NCBI GenBank assembly: GCA_030704615.1
Contig: CM060732.1
Location: 82,460,001 to 82,524,000, forward strand
Length of the DNA: 64,000 nucleotides
Direction: 5' to 3'
Source: Takakia lepidozioides
Lineage: Eukaryota; Plantae; Bryophyta
A program made the translations under genes and the position numbers. Positions 62,320 to 64,000 of this stretch are shown here, one piece after another. The number at the start of each line of letters is the position of its first letter. Within the stretch, counting starts at the first letter, position 1. Under the pieces are notes generated by a model. That model had not been told where the DNA came from, did no database searches, and worked only from the letters and a program-made list of their open reading frames with translations.

Positions 62320-64000
62320 AGGGAAGGCTGTGCGACCTTGAGCAACAAAGGAAAAAATACATCTCATGGGATCAGCTTTGTCAACCTAAGAAGAAGGGAG
62401 GCCTTGGGATTATTGATCCTGCAACGCAGATCAAGGCGCTTTTGGCCAAATGGATCCCCAGAGCCTTGATTCATCGTCACAGTCCTTGGAGCAAGCTCAT
62501 TCAACCTTATCTCATGGGTGCGCATCCCACCTCCTCCCCGCTATGGACTCAATCATTACGATGGGTAGTGCAAGACAAGAATGCGAATGTGCACATGGGA
62601 TCGAGACCTTGGCAATCAATATGGGCAGCTTGGCAATCCATAAGAGGTTCCCTTACTCAAAGAATTCCTCTCAATTACGCTGAATGTTCCCGCCAACCAC
62701 TCTTTGCAAACTATAACATGGACTCTGGTATGCTGATTGACCATAACCCTAAATGGGCATTCTGGGAGCATTGTGGGTTTACCCATATGGGCAGCATCTG
62801 GGACCAGAACCATTTCTTGGCTGCAGAAGCAGTCAGCCCTATTCTTGGCCCGAGACGAGCTAGGGCATGGCCTGCACTACTTTGATGAAGTACCGAAATA
62901 TATGAAGCCACTACTCAGAGATGGAGATTCCTCATGGTCTCCACCCACCTGGACGGCTTCAACTCTGCATAGAGGTAACACCGTCCTCCTGGTCCTAGCG
63001 GTAACTGGGCATACAGCCTCTGGTGTAGCCTTTGAAGGTGACTTTCATGGGACTCTTCAACTCGATGGAATGATGGATCTGCCGAAGAGTTCTCTATTTC
63101 CCATAAAGGTGCTTGATTCCAAAGGAAATCCAAACCCAAGCCCTCCAATGGGTCAAGAGCTGACATGGGCTCGGCATTCTACTTTCACGTGGTTTCTTAA
63201 ATACCCCTTGGCTTCCCTGCAGTTTGACCCAAGGGAATGGAGCTGGATGGACTCCCACCACTCACCTTTTTTTGCCTACTCAGTGAAGATGGCCTACTCG
63301 CTATTAAGGCCTCCCCGATCCTTTCTTCACAAATGGAATCTGAAAATGGAATCACCTCCATCTCTTGCAGCAAACCTAGGATAAGGTATGGAAAGATATC
63401 TGGAGGAAGCCAAAAGCAGCTAAGATCTCAGGCTTTTTGTGGAAGTTGGCACATAGGATATTGTCAGTCAATACTGCTACCATGCTCAACAACACCTGCT
63501 GCAACTTGTGTTTAACTCTGCCTGAGTCAATCGAACATTGCTTAGCAGTGTCCACTGTGCGGTTTCAGCACTTCCACCGCCCCGACTGCTTGTTCGTTTT
63601 TGGGCTCTGAGGTACTCGTTGATATTAGAAGGGGCGCGCTTGATGATCCCAAAGCCTACAAGAGTGTGGAGAATGGTGATACGTTTCTACTCTAGCTGGG
63701 ATCTTTTCCCTTCCCCTCCCCCCATTTCTTTGCTGCTGTTGAACTTGCTGCCTGCTCACAGCTTACCTTTGTGCCCTGTTTGGGCTTGTCTTAGGGCACT
63801 TACTCTTTGGCATCTCTGGAAGGCTAGGTGTTCTTTTGTTTATGAGGGAAGACCCCCCAGGGGCAGGTCAATTCTGTTTTGTATCTACCATGACCTGTTC
63901 ACTGAGGGGAGGAAAGTCTAGGACATCTTAACTGCAGCTATTTCCAGATCTTCACAGCAACGCGGGACCAAGCTGCTCAATGATTTTCTCTAGTCCTGGG
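62320..64000 (+). pseudogene. LINE ORF2 C-terminal fragment (post-RT, zinc motif)
   Basis: LCQPKKKGGLG, LAKWIPR, LQFDPREWSW, PFFAYS, ESIEHC, LWHLWKARC; parallels 30050-31500. Confidence 0.85.

Overview
Eukaryotic, intron-containing land-plant DNA, most likely a bryophyte or other non-seed plant (inferred from Tcn1-like Gypsy, Sola-like transposase and PLS-PPR fragments). The left half (1-32.5 kb) is a pile of nested transposons: an L1-type LINE fragment; PPR pseudogenes, one fused to an OSB-type PDF (WWDNR...PDFKHK) motif; a Tcn1-like Gypsy with a ~2 kb internal inversion; a CACTA-like end; a near full-length LINE; and an ~11 kb Ty3/Gypsy element (6061-17119, 4-bp TSD TCCA). That element is the main finding. 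Its pol carries a complete DNMT3-like cytosine-5 methyltransferase between protease and RT and a PHD finger at the integrase C-terminus. Its ends are split repeats (A...B-A-B) rather than two ordinary LTRs, no tRNA PBS is visible, its 5' leader is almost free of CG/CHG sites, and it carries a hairpin array. The right half holds host genes (two tandem alpha-expansins, an AVT6-like amino acid transporter plus a decayed duplicate, a phytolongin/VAMP7-like gene) interspersed with a mitochondrial-type trnK pseudogene, a decayed Sola-like transposase, hAT MITEs, LINE 3' stubs and a ~120-bp satellite. All calls come from reading motifs by eye; no database searches were run.
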